In this document: one piece after another, positions 1-12,634 of the stretch | Numbering within the stretch: the stretch's first letter is position 1 | How the letters are laid out: each line of letters opens with the position of its first letter | NCBI GenBank assembly: GCA_973895155.1 | Contig: OZ316891.1 | Location: 10,479,875 to 10,543,874, forward strand | Source: Marsupella aquatica | Lineage: Eukaryota; Plantae; Marchantiophyta | Length of the DNA stretch: 64,000 bases | Direction: 5' to 3' | Translations under genes and position numbers: made by a program | Notes under the pieces: generated by a model | The model's input: the letters and a program-made list of their open reading frames with translations, nothing else | Told to the model about the DNA's origin: nothing | The model's database searches: none

Positions 1-591
1 CCATCCTTCTGCCATGCCCATACAGGACGCAACTACCAGGAACTCAGGGATGCACATCATCTTAGTCCTTATAGGTAACAATTTAAACTCATCAAATGGT
101 CACTTTCCAACCTTTTCTAGCAAATTGGTCCATGTGACCATTTTCATGAGTCATAATTCTTATAATTGATTAGTGAAAGGAGACACGCGTCATAGAATGT
201 TTTGGCTTCAAAGGTTAGGCTTAGAGAGCAAATCACTAATTTGCTGAATTCTGGCTCTATTTCCCCACCCCTCAATCCTATTTCATCAATGAAGTGGTCG
301 TTGCTGCACATCTTAATTGGTCAATGAAGAAGTGATATTAGGCTTATATATGAAAGAACACTGTCAGATGAAGAACAATCAAGGTTTGTTAAGCCCACAA
401 AATGAGTCACCATAAATTCTTGCACCGATATAGATTGACATGGCTAAGGTCGTGACTAAGGCAATGTTGTAAACTTGATGTTGTCTCAATTTGCTCCAAC
501 AAAATTGTGGGTGACTTAGAGCAAAACACGTCCCAAAGCCCTTTTGATAGTCTCAACCCCTATTTGAATCCTGAGTACTTCAACTGAGAAA

Positions 592-942
592 TGTTACATA
601 TGCATTTACTCTTAGGTCTAGAATTACATAGCCATAGTGAGGCTAATTGTAGTCGCAGCCTTGGTCAGGTTAGTCGTGTTATACCTATTTACCCAAACAA
701 TTTTTACTTGTATAGGAGACTCAGGCTCATTGGTACAGAGCCACTTGAGATATAGGGAGAGCTTATGGTACAAAGACTTGGTAAGGCTGATGGGGCTAGT
801 GGTCTTGCAGGAAAGCTTTTGTATTTTCCTGTGGACATCCCTGTGGACAAAGCCTCATCAAAGGCAAACCATGTATTGTTGCGTTGACTACTTGTTCGTT
901 GGATGGTCATGTGCTGGTGATAGCCTTGTGGAGCAAAAGACA
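592..942 (+). mobile_element. Degenerate solo LTR related to LTR family B
   Basis: Starts TGTTAC and shares blocks (CATTTACTCTTAGGTCTAG, AGGCTCATTG.TACAGAGCCACTTGAGA, CGTTGGATGGTCATG) with 19963-20142/58265-58427 and 41252-41708. No clean TSD and the right end is approximate. Confidence 0.55.
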
Positions 943-2091
943 AAACTCATGTGCCTGCAGTTCTTTCAGTAAGATTTGGTTTAGCGCCCCTATAGCGCTA
1001 GAGATGCTTTGACATCATGACATTCTAGTCAGGAAATAAAAAGGCATTTTAGTAATTAGAGAAAAAGATGTGACAATAAGGTCTTTCAAAGCTTCAGTTG
1101 CGGATGATGGCTTTAGCCATGGCCTTTTCACATGTTTATGTACAAGGGTTTTCTTTTGCTAACCTCTACAGTAGCTTCTGGTCACGACATATGACCAGTC
1201 TTTATGGCAAAAAACTATAAATCATGAATTTGGTAGTCTACAATGCTTTTTGTCCATACACGTAACTACTAATTGGAGGTCATGCATTCACTTATTATAG
1301 TCCTTGTCCATATATTCCTGTGCATGTGTACGTTTTAATTTCCCATTACAAGCCATACTGTCTCTGTGCAAAGTTGAGCACGACAAGCACAACAGAAATG
1401 TCAGCTGGTCCAATCATAATTGCACGCAGGACCTGAAAGTATGATCAAAAGCATACGGTTTCTTTCATGACTATACAGTCTCCCATATTTCTCCCCGCGT
1501 TGCAATCAACAAACGGTCGCCCATATCCCTCGGTCGCCCCATATCCCTTCTTATGCCCTTAGTCCTATATGGTAAAAGGTCCATCTAATTTTGAGGTTTG
1601 AGATCCCCTAATAATGTAACTCAGATTTGAACATGAGACCTGGGCTTTAGGGACATGAATATCGATAAGGGGTGAGGTACTCTTTGGTTGACAACAAGGG
1701 ACCCACTACTGTACTTGGAACACTAGCGCTGAGCTGTCCGCAGCCCCCAAAAGGAAATTCCATTAGGATAGAGAACTGGCTATGGTAGTGCTGCATCGGT
1801 TAAGACTGCCTGAAGTCGCTTCGGTTGCTGAGGTGAACCCTCGATCGAGTTGGCTATCGGTTGTCGCATTGGTGGGCTGCTGCATTGCGCATCGTTTGAC
1901 ACGTTTTTCGCTGCGTCTCGTGAAGCAGGGAAGCTGTGGGGGTGGGCGGAAGCTCCTGATTTGAAGGACTCCTCTGAATGCGAGGAGTTTTTTTTTTGGT
2001 TCTGTTTCTGACTGGGCGATTCCAATCCTGTAGTGTGTGAGTCGGGGATAGAATTAGTGGCATCAGCAGCACGGGCTGCAGGAAGGAAGCC

Positions 2092-5000
2092 ATGTCAATT
2101 CTCTTGTCCGCGACTGTAGTCAGTCCATCCGCTCGGCTATGGTGTTGTAAGGCTCCGGGGAACAATGTAGTGAGAGGCAACTGTTCTTCTTCGTATGGTA
2201 GAGGAGCAGTGAGCGTGAGAAGTGGGTTGGGAGATTCGTCCGCTGCTGCTGCAGATAAGAGGGAACAGCTCAGGACAGGCGAAGTATCACCAGCGGTAGA
2301 GGATGCGAATTTGACGAGGAGGAGCATATCTGAGGTCCCTTTCTCTTGTACATTCTTCAACGATGTTTTACTTGCATCACAGATTTTTCACTCAGAGTCC
2401 TTTATGAAATTTTGAGATGCTCAACTTCCGAAAATTCTATTTCTTCTTTCGTGTGATAAATTTGATAAATCTGCAAAGAAGCCACCGTATTAGTGTGAAT
2501 TGGGACACTTGTCCTTCCCTCTGGTGAAGTAGTCAAGTGTCTCTCGGTGGGATTCACGAGTTTAATTGCAAATGGAATGAATTCCATCAATGCCACAAAA
2601 ATCCCTCACGAATAAATTAAGACCTTGCCTGTCAATGCTGTTCGGTCATTGGTATATTCCAATTTCGCGAGGATAAATCTTGCAATCATGAGCAATGAAC
2701 TTGCTGTCTTCAAGCCCGCCCACGGATTGAAGGAAAGACTACTGTAGAGTCTGGAAGCTGGGTCCTACACGTTGAGAGTAGTTTTCGATGAAAGCACCTT
2801 CGAGACAACGGTTGCCACGGTGTCCAATTACATCGTCAACAAACTCTGCAGCCTGAACTCTGTACAATTCGAGCGTTCCATCAATGGCGCCAGAGCATGA
2901 TTTCAAATTACCATTCTGAGTGAAGGAGAGGCCAATGAGGAGAGAATGCAGAAGGTTGTAGCGTCACCGGCTTTATACTTGTCGCACATTGTTGGTCCTA
3001 TGGTCCGCTTGGGTCTTTATGGGCTTTACATATGGCCACGAATATTTCGATCTCAGTCATTTCTCCTTTCATCTACATTCTCGATCAGTCCAAGAGGGGC
3101 TCAATGGACGTAACAAGATACACTGTCGTTCATCTTGGCTTTTGCTATATCTTGTTTCCTTTCCGAGCTTAGCTTTCCCAGCACCTTTTTTGATCATTCA
3201 TTGCCTTTTACTATTTTGAAGAGTTCTACTTCTGCTCATCAAAAACTTCCTTTCATTTTTTGTGCTGCACTTAGTTTGAAAAGTGTTTCACTAACGCTCG
3301 AATTTTAATGGCTTAACCACATCTACGGATACTCTAGATATAGTACACGGGATCAGAGGGTTGATGCTGAACAGCATGTGAGTTGTGTAGCGTTCGAGTT
3401 TGATATGAAATTGTAGTCACCTTCCAAGATCTGTGCGCAGGATGGTGCAACACCAGCACGCCGGTCGTGGAGAATCGAGATGGTGGGATCAGCGCTAGCT
3501 GTGACTTTTACGTTGGCACAAGCAGTGGCGCCCATTTCTGCAGAAAACTTTCCCGGAGGTTGGGGGGTTCAAAGTGCCGAAGCGGTCCTCTATTCACCGG
3601 ATACAAAAGTTCCACGATCTGCAGAAGTCGCTCTCAGAAGAGCAATCCCTGCTGTGAATCCATCAGTGAAGAAAATGCAGGTTAAGACGAGTTGCGTCTT
3701 GGAAATGTTATGTGTAGGCTGGTGGACGCTTTTTAGAACATGATCCTTATGTGAACATCCTTCGGGGCATCTGGAAGTCTTCGGGTGTCACCTCAGACGG
3801 ATGTCGTGCATACTGAATTTGTATGTGTGGCTGATAGTAGGAATCGCTGGAGGAAATCTTCTACTTATTAAGGATTCCGCAACGTAAACCTTATGGCACA
3901 ATGGAGAGCAATGTCAAGAAGGCCCTTCAGGTATGTTTATCCGATTTCATTATTTCTTTTGCTCCTCGTGGTAGATGAATTAACTTTACTATTTTAGCAG
4001 CATAATAGTGAGTTGTACTCGCAAGGAATGTGTCAAGATGTCTGTGATTCTTGGTGCAGCTGGCTAGGGATGACAAAAGTGCCATTTTCGGAGTTCTCCC
4101 CGCCGACAAAAAAGAAGTCGGTTTGGAATTGTACGACGAGATTACCACTGGGAAGGTAAGTGGTGGAGTGTTACTCTGCTCATCAAGTTTAAAACGCCTC
4201 CAAAAATAAATGGGCGTAGGAGCGAAATTTTCAGCGACTCTGGGTTCTAGACATTTGCTTTAATAGATCGGTCAGCAGTTGTCTGAGGAACGTTTCAGCC
4301 AAACTCATGAGAGGAACATTTTTTGCAGTATGGTTTGGGGAAGCTTCTCGATTCTATTGCCGAAAAGGATGCAGATAAGGTCTCAATTAGGTTGGCTAAC
4401 GCTCTTGAAAAAATATCGGAGCTGGAGATATTACAGGTCTGACACCCTCCTGCATAAAGCCGTGGACCTGTTTTTCTGGAGGTTCCTGAGTTTACTTTGT
4501 TATTGCTTTGATCGCTATCTTCTCATCAACACTGTCTGTCGTTGCTCTCAAACAGGCTGACCATTGATAGGGTTTAACGACTCTGATTTAGGGCTTAGGG
4601 TAATCAAGGATGTTGGCCAAGAGAATTCATTTGTTGACGTGGAAAGTGCCCTCATGTTTCCAGGCACCTGGGTTGGCATTTCTACTGCCGTCACAATATC
4701 AAGACTACCCAAGGTAGCCCTCCTGTTTTATTAGTATCATCCTTACTCAGCGTTCAGAACCTTGAGGCTCGTTTGGTTTCTGTAGCCATTTCATGACGTC
4801 AAGGAGACAGTTTTTACGTATATTCTATGGGAGATGAAAAATACGGCATGAAAGCGGATTGTAAATTGATTTATTTAGGTTTTGGTAGCGGGATATTTCC
4901 GAGCATTTTTTCATGTATGCAGGTTGACAGGACGAGCAACAGTTCAATTTGTTTTGGAAAAAGGTGATGGGTCACTCTTTACAGTTGCAGCTGGCGGTGG

Positions 5001-6881
5001 ACCTCAAAAGACAGCGGAAGTGCAAGTGAGACCATCTAAATATTGCTTTGTTTGGAACCTTTAAAAACTATGAGCCTGCCTTCTCGTTATTTACAATCAT
5101 GTTAGCATGTGCCAGTAGGCTTGTATGACGGAAAACCTGAACAGATCTGGGATTTGATCTGTGAGAAACTTTTCTGCAGGTCGTTCTAGATGGTTATTCA
5201 GCTCCTCTCACATCAGGGAACTTCGCGGAGCTGGTCTGTTAGTTTCACACGTGCCTCTACTGAGACTTGAGGTTTTCACTCTTGATTGCTTTCAAGTTTG
5301 CTTTTTACCTCATGACTTATAGAAAAGGAGCCAGGTGCCACTATGAAACTAAAAGATGATGTGTTCGCCAGGTAATGCAAGGAAAATATAATGGGTTGAA
5401 ACTAAGGAGCGGGGAGCAGGCAGTTCTTTCAGATAACCAAGTGGACCAGATAGGAAGACCTATTCCACTTGAGATCCTACCTGCAGGAGAGTTCCAGCCA
5501 TTATATCGAACCATGCTTGACGTACAGGTAATCAGCAGAGGAAGCTGTAAGCAATGAAGAAATTTCGTGGCATCGTTTGATCAGGCCGCATTTGTTCCGT
5601 CTCCTATCGTAATATTAGTGCGTAAATGACAGTAAACGACTTTCAATCAGAGAATTGAAGGTCAGTGATGTCTGTTTCTCTGGTCGTTGCTTTGAATGCG
5701 AGGACGCTGTTCTAGAAACCCCTAAAATATAGCAGCAACGCTTTTAGCATTGATGAGGGAGCTCTGGTCCATCATATCTGACTCGGTCCGTGTTCGAGAC
5801 TGAGGCTAGTCAGGTTTAGGACGAAAGTACTGTCTCCTCTTGCGGAATTCTGAGTTTTGGGGGGCCGTTGTGGGCTTCTCATGCACCAGAAATAGTACTC
5901 CCAGAAAACCAAATAGAATGCAGAACATCCTTCACGAAAGATCACAGTAAACGAAGTGGGAGTGGATGTGAGACTACACCGCGAGTGCTCTCGAATCCCC
6001 AAGCGTCTACTTGTAAGGCCCGGAAGTACGTCAAACATGTTCAATCGATTGAACTTCTTTGGGATGGGAAACTGGGAAAAGTGACTCCCAGGAAAATGTT
6101 GAATGTAACCCAAAGGTAATTTAACGGTAGAGTCGGCCAGACCATAATTGAACATTTACTGTAGTGGGTGGGCCACTCTTAGGCCCCTCACTTCGTGAAG
6201 AAAGTAATTTCTTCTGACGAAAGTATCTGTGTGATCTTGTGAAGGATGGGGAGATTCCGGTCCTACCTCTATCTGTATACGGAGCTGTTGCGATGGCCCA
6301 CAATGCAACAGCCGAGGACTTTTCTTCTCCCAATCAGTTCTTCTTCTACTTATACGACAAACGGAACGTAAGTAGTGCCTTGTATGAAGCTGTGTTCAAG
6401 TAGATATCGAACGGCTTCCTTGCCCTGTAGCTCTATTCTCCTAATCACAATGCCTTAATTGTTTTGTGTGTGGCAGGCTGGACTGGGGGGTCTAGCATTT
6501 GATGAAGGTCAATTCTCTGTTTTTGGGTGAGGCCTGCCTTCTCAAAACTCATTGTCGTTGTTGGTGTCAGTGTTTCAGAGATCATGTTCATCTCTCTTTC
6601 TTGTGCCGCTGGGATTTTAGTTAGAGAGCTTTTCCTGAGAAGAACGTGGTATAAAAGTCCCGTTGCTAAATAGCATCAAGACAAACTTCCATGGTGGTAC
6701 TACAGAAGCTCAGTGCCCGAAGTTCCGACTTTCCTACTCAATACTAACCAAGTTCTCTCATGTCAGGTACGTAACCAAGGGAAAGGAACTTCTTTCCCAA
6801 CTGAAAACCGGAGACATTATTCAGTCCGCGATCATGATTTCTGGCCAGGAAAAGCTTGTCATTCCATCTAATAGCTCATAG
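2092..6881 (+). CDS. CYP37: Chloroplast thylakoid-lumen peptidyl-prolyl cis-trans isomerase CYP37-like, about 12 exons
   Basis: Approximate GT-AG exons: 2092-2334 (transit-peptide-like), 3441-3680, 3841-3930, 4060-4155, 4329-4436, 4664-4713, 4923-5025, 5180-5233, 5372-5527, 6245-6367, 6477-6526, 6767-6881. Peptides AVLYSPDTKVPRSAEVALRRAIP, LLRIPQRKPYG, VVLDGYSAPLTSGNF, IPLEILPAGEFQPLY, LPLSVYGAVAMAH, QFFFYLYDKRNAGLGGLAFDEGQFSVFGY match plant CYP37. Confidence 0.9.
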
Positions 6882-9503
6882 CTCTATGCAAAGTTAGCAG
6901 ATAATTACATCTGCGTGCCTCCAATTGTCCCGGCTGTGATCAAGTCTGCCATTCATTTCAAGGCATGATGCGGAAGGCAGATTAGGTTGTTGTATTGGAC
7001 TTATGCTTGCTTGTATAACTATCTGCGCTTTGCTCCATGTTGCTTACAACCACGCCAGTGGAATATGTCAACATACTGCCAGTGTGAGTCCAGTTCAATG
7101 AAAAGAGTTTGGGTTCTACTTCTAATCTCTTGTACTTCTAAGTTGTCTTTGTGGTGGCTTAATTGGATTGCTTTGCGGTGACTCGATTGTATTGATTTGA
7201 ACTCTTTTGACCGAACTCTTATCGTTCTTCCTGATTTAGCTCGCTTTAATAGTTCATCCCGACCACACTAGCAGCTCTCAGTCAAGCCATCATCATAGCT
7301 CTAATCGTTCTTCCCATCACGATTACCCCACCAGTCTTGCCCATCATCGCAGCCCCAACTGCTATGTAAAATCTAAAAATCTGGACAATCCTGCCGATAG
7401 CGTAATTATGGGTTCAAGATGACATAACATGGCATCTCTGCATTATGTGATCTCAAGGACTCACGAGCAGAAATGGGGCGAGACTTTCGTAAAAGAAGAC
7501 TGTTGAAGAAACGAATTCAACCTTCAGAAACACCCCAAGCAATACAAATTGGGAAAGTTTGTGTTCTCAAAGGAAGTCTCTATAGACGTGTCACAAGTTC
7601 TAGAATTGACTCCATGAAGCCATCAAGCTTTGTAGAATCTCAAAATTAAGCTCTCATGCAAGCTCTCTCTCACCCGACCTCTCAGCCTCTCAGTGTCACC
7701 ATCATCTCCCCACCCTCACTGAGTACTTACAAGCTCAAGATCGAGCTCTCGTGCCTCCCTCATCATCTCAACTGAGCTGTGAGTCTCACTTCTCAATTAC
7801 CACGATTTGCACCAGTTCAACTGGAGTCATGCGGATCGGAATGACGCAACGATGCGTGATCTGGCAAGAGTACAGCAATCGTTGGAAAGATCGTGCACAA
7901 TTTATCAAACAGTACCGAGAAGAACGTGGAAAGATGGTACTCTCAAGCTCCAATGCTCAGTGACGAGGAAGTGGGATGGCCAATAGACACTTAGAGAGCT
8001 CAGGCGGCAATTTCAAATTGAGATGGGACTTGGCTAGTTACTGCGCTGTGCACTACATACCGTTCGAAGTTTCAATATGGACATTGTCCCCAGTATGGTG
8101 AGCAAGCGCAGGGCAGGAAGGTGGCGGGTCACACAGCTTTGCATTGAATGTACTTCCAGCTACTCGTGGCTATGAGTGTACCACCATTTTCCATCCAAAT
8201 CTCTACTCTAGAAGTTGAATCAAAGAGAGCACACATTTGTGCGTAGAGACTAATAGGGCGTCTCAAACCTCTCAGGTTTGCCTCCGGATGCGGTCAGTTT
8301 CCTGGAGCCCAAGTGGTGGGACAAAAAAGCTTGTCCGCACACTTGTGACCTCATAACTAAGCTGGTACTTTCGGGCAAGGCATCTTTTCGCGAATGTAAA
8401 GGTTTGAGACACTCTAATCATGCCAAATGAAATATCATTCGCGAGCAAAGTTCCGAGCAAAGTGAGGGTTCTGTTGTCCATATGTGCCTAGGAAGAAACA
8501 AAGGGTGACAGTGGAAACAACCTGGTGAATTTTAATGTCTCCTGTGATCGAGAATCTAGGGTGACAGGAGAAATGGCCGGTGACAGGGGGAAGCAGCTGT
8601 GGGAAGCAAAATGTACAAATTCCTGAAAGTGAAAGCTCTAAATAGACAATAGTGTCTATGGATCTGTGTCTGCAGGGAAAAACAAAGGGTGAAAGGTGTT
8701 TAGGGTAACAGGGGAAACTGTGGGGTAAAGTGAAATATCCCATGTAAAAACCTTGGATGACAGGGGAGATGGCCAGGTGACAAGGGAAATGGGAGGCAAA
8801 GCAAAATGTCCAAAATTATGAAAAAAATATACAGTTTGCATTGTAAATAAGAAACGAGGGTACACCTTTCATCTGGACTTGCCTGGACTAACATAAGGTG
8901 ATCCATCTAACTTCTACATTACGAAATTCGCGGGGAATGTGAGGTAGTGTGAGAAGCTTTCCTAGGATCCTCCTCCAAACCTTTGAATCTGGACGAGATC
9001 CTACAAACGGTCGTCATATGAAATAAAGCATTGAGTTCGTAAATGATCTTCAAGGACAAATTATGACTTTGGGGATAGAAATTGAAAAGGGAGTGGATAA
9101 CTATACTCCTGGAATAGATAATTCTACATCCTAGCCTAGATTTGCTTTGGGTTTGAAAACTTTGTTGTACTCTTGAGGCAATATCGAACCAAACTGAGTA
9201 ACTATAAGGACCATGCTGCTCTGTTTGGGGAAGGCGGTAGCATGTGTAGACTCGTGTCAATATGTGATGATTGGTGGACACAATGGGCTGTCTGAGCACC
9301 TCCGGGAATTAAGGTAGAGCAGGAACTCACCAACAATCCACCTCATTCTCGTTGTCATGTCTTGGGTACTATTTGATCTCTGAAAGGTGGGCTTATTAAA
9401 AGAAAGGGAAGCCGGTGTAGAAAACCTGTACAGTAAGGTTGACAATCTCAGACACCCTGAAAATCGGCGCCAAATTGTGAGGTGAACACAAACGGCATGA
9501 GAA

Positions 9504-9835
9504 TGTTGAACTATGACGTCTTCCTTCATGACGATCCAATCATTACTCATTCCATGCACACATAGTCGACACAATCTCTACGTGGTTCACCTCTTCTCCA
9601 AGGCTACGTCCACACACACACTCAAGCTTTACTTCAAGAGTAGACGAACACACATGTTCTCCCTCTTCCTCAAGTTGCTTCGTTACAATGAGTAAGCACC
9701 ACACGCCAGCGGCTTACACTAGCCCTGGTATATACAAGGTCACACACGACTAACCTAACCTCAGCTAAGACCGTAACTGTGGTTAGCCTAAGTGCCGTAA
9801 CCTTTGAGTCACAAGACTAAGAGCAATCCTTAACA
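9504..9835 (-). mobile_element. Solo LTR (family B-related)
   Basis: Minus strand reads TGTTAAGG...CGTCATAGTTCAACA, similar to the family B end CGTCATCTATGCTCAACA. Flanks GAGAA/AAGAA are a 4/5 TSD match. Confidence 0.65.
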
Positions 9836-10819
9836 AAGAACAGGGGGTAATGATTTCGCTGATCTAAACAGGCACGGCCTTCAAAAAATTGGTCAAATTT
9901 AGACTCGCACTCTTACTAGACCGAATGTCACCCAATCTTTTAGGAAATTGAAAGGTCTGCAATCGCAATCCTACGATTACCTATCTCCCAATGCTGCAGC
10001 GGCTGCGCTAAGGAAGTCTGTTGCTATTGGCCTTGGGAACTACAGTCTAAATTGATACAGCTGCTGTAATTGACGGCTATGAAAGATTCACAAACCCAGG
10101 GCACCGAAGGAAGCACAAGCAGCACATCAACTCACCAAATTATAACCTGTCCAGGCAAAGACGTCAAATTTGCGATATATTCGCACATCAGAAGCCACAA
10201 TTACTACCGGGAAATGTTGAACAGGGAGCTTTTACACGTTTACACTACAGACGAGAAGTAGACGGCACAAATTTTGCTTGCGCTGGTTCTTTGGACAATA
10301 CTGTAATGAGGTTCGACAAAATGCACAAACAGAACGCTTGTCATCTTTTGCAAAGCAAATTCTCCTCCGGCATGGTAATGTCTAAAACTTAGGAAGTATA
10401 CAAAATTTATCCATTGACGGTTCTTAGAAAATTGTTACGACGAAGTGTTGCTATAACATCATGTTGATTCCGCAGGAAAGATGTTGTTAATGAAAAAAAT
10501 TGTTGGGTGAAAGAGGTTCTTGCCTAAGAGATGTCGTTGCTAAAAAGATTGTTCCACAAAGGAGATTGTTGTATTTAGTATTTCATTCTGTAAAAGAAGT
10601 TATATAAAAGGTGTAGTTGCACAAAAGATGTCATGAAGGAAAAGACATTGTAATGTAGAAAAAACTGTTCCCTAAAAGAGGCCAAGAGCAGGCACTTGAG
10701 CATAGGCTGATAAGAGGCTCTATTTGGGATTTAAGAAGAAAATGTGGAAGAATGACCAACTTTGATGCTAATAAAAGTGTTTTTAGTTTCCCTGTGTAGT
10801 CTTTGGCAAATGTCACAGA

Positions 10820-11500
10820 AAAAGTAGTTGAAGTGAGAAAAAGATGTAAAGGGAGAGGAAAGATGTCGAGGTGAGAAAAATATGTCAAGGCGAGGAGAAG
10901 ATGTCGAGGTGAACAAAGATGTTGATGAGAAAAAGAGATGTTGAGCTGAGAAATAGAAGTCGAGCAAAAGATGGCAATGTGAGAAAAATATGTGGGGATA
11001 GGGGAAAGATGTTGTGGTGAGATAAAAATGTGAAAGTGAGGAAAAGGTCATATGTCGAGGTGAAAACGAATGTCAATTCAATGAGAAAAAGAGATGTTGA
11101 GGTGAGGCAAAGAAGTCAAGGTGAAAAAAAGATGTCCAAGAGAGAAAACATGGCGAGGTGAGAAAAAGATGTAAAGATGAGGAAAAAATGTTGAGGAGAG
11201 AAAAGATGTTGAGGGTGAGGGAAAGATGTTGTGGTGAGAGAAAGATGGTAAGGTGAGAAAAGATAAGATGTCGATGTGAGAAAAGATGTGGAGGTGAGGA
11301 AAAGATGTCAAGTCAAATTATAAAATATATGGAGGAGAGAAACAAAAATCAAGGACCTAAAAGATGTCGAGTCAGATGAGAAAATATTTGGAGGAAAGAA
11401 ACAAAATCAAGGACCTAAAAGATGTTGAGGGTGAAAAAAACATTGTCTTGGTGAGATAAAGATGTAAATGTGAGGCGAGATGAGAGATGTCAAAGCAAGG
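10820..11500. repeat. Degenerate purine-rich tandem array (unit about GAGAAAAAGATGTCGAGGT, 18-20 bp)
   Basis: Recurrent AAAGATGT(C/T)GAGGTGAG units plus a duplicated block of about 58 bp at about 11320-11430. Confidence 0.7.
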
Positions 11501-12634
11501 TAGAGTTGTTGTGGTGGTGTTCAACAACTCATGCATTTGCACATAGAAATTGGAGCCGCGAGATAACGGTCACTGTAGCATAGAGTCCAAGCACAACCGA
11601 ATGATACAAAACAATTGTTAAATTATTTTTTTTAGAGAAATGAATATTGCATACATTTTATTTATACTCAAGTTTTACCAAAACTCTAAGGCTAATATCC
11701 AATTCTTTCAAACTCAAGTTCTTTTCTTCTTTCCCAACTATACACTTTTACCCCAAATGTACACTTCTGGTTGCTCAGGTATGCTCTTGTTGTGACTATA
11801 AAGTGCACCTTTTGATGCCCGAATCTGCCGGATAAATTCAACTCCTTGGCTTTTAATGAATACTGTGATATATGACACTGACAGTTGGCATAGGTGGAGT
11901 AATAAGTCCTAGTTGCATAGTTTTGCATAACCTTGCACTGAATCTGTGGAGAGGAAAGTATGACAATAGCATGATTCAAAGTATGCCCTTTCTGGTTTTT
12001 GGGTTTCCCCTTGGTGCTCGTGGGCTTTTTGGCTCTTGGGTTTACTCAGTTTCCTTTGATTTCCCTCTCTATTGGGTTTTTTGGCTTTTGGAATCATGTA
12101 GTTTCCTTTGTTTTCCCCTTTATTGGGTTTTTGGCATTTGGGACCATGGCTGCACTTTAGGTATTTCTATTCCTTTGCATTTCTATATAAAATATATATT
12201 ACCACCTAAAAATATCAGCCCAATTAATCTAGTCACAAAGGTGGTGCCCGACTTCACCCGTCACTGGCGGAACTATATATAGAGAGAAGTGGCCTCCCTT
12301 TTTGGCGCACTACCCCCTTCATGACTGTATCGGAAAAGGTATGGATGTCCCCTGTTACCTGCTAGCAAGTTAAAAGCTAGGCACCTAGAGTATTGCCCGG
12401 TCAAGAAGTTTGTGCACGATCCATTCTCAAAGTATATAGAAACCGAGACTCTCTCTTGCAATGACAAGACAAGCATTGTTCATTTCCATTCTTCTTTGCA
12501 GCCTGATGCCTACGAAACCTCACAACTCTCTTCCTCACTCAAAGGGCTTCTAGATGATAACGGGGATCTACAACTACAACACACGTGATGGGCAACTATT
12601 GGGTGAAGGACATGTTCTATGTAAATGAATTGAA

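Noticed and set aside
983-1000. TAGCGCCCCTATAGCGCTA as a copy of the MULE palindrome
   Set aside because: Spacer is 7 nt rather than 3 and it is isolated; not counted.
1782-1964. Upstream ORF as the CYP37 start
   Set aside because: The ATG at 2092 gives a transit-peptide-like exon that splices in frame to 3441; this ORF closes before it.
7500-9500. Possible retroelement remnants
   Set aside because: No RT, integrase or gag motif and no TSD-bounded termini could be supported by eye.
10631-11311. Phe/Ser/His-rich minus-strand ORFs
   Set aside because: Low-complexity translations of the purine-rich array.
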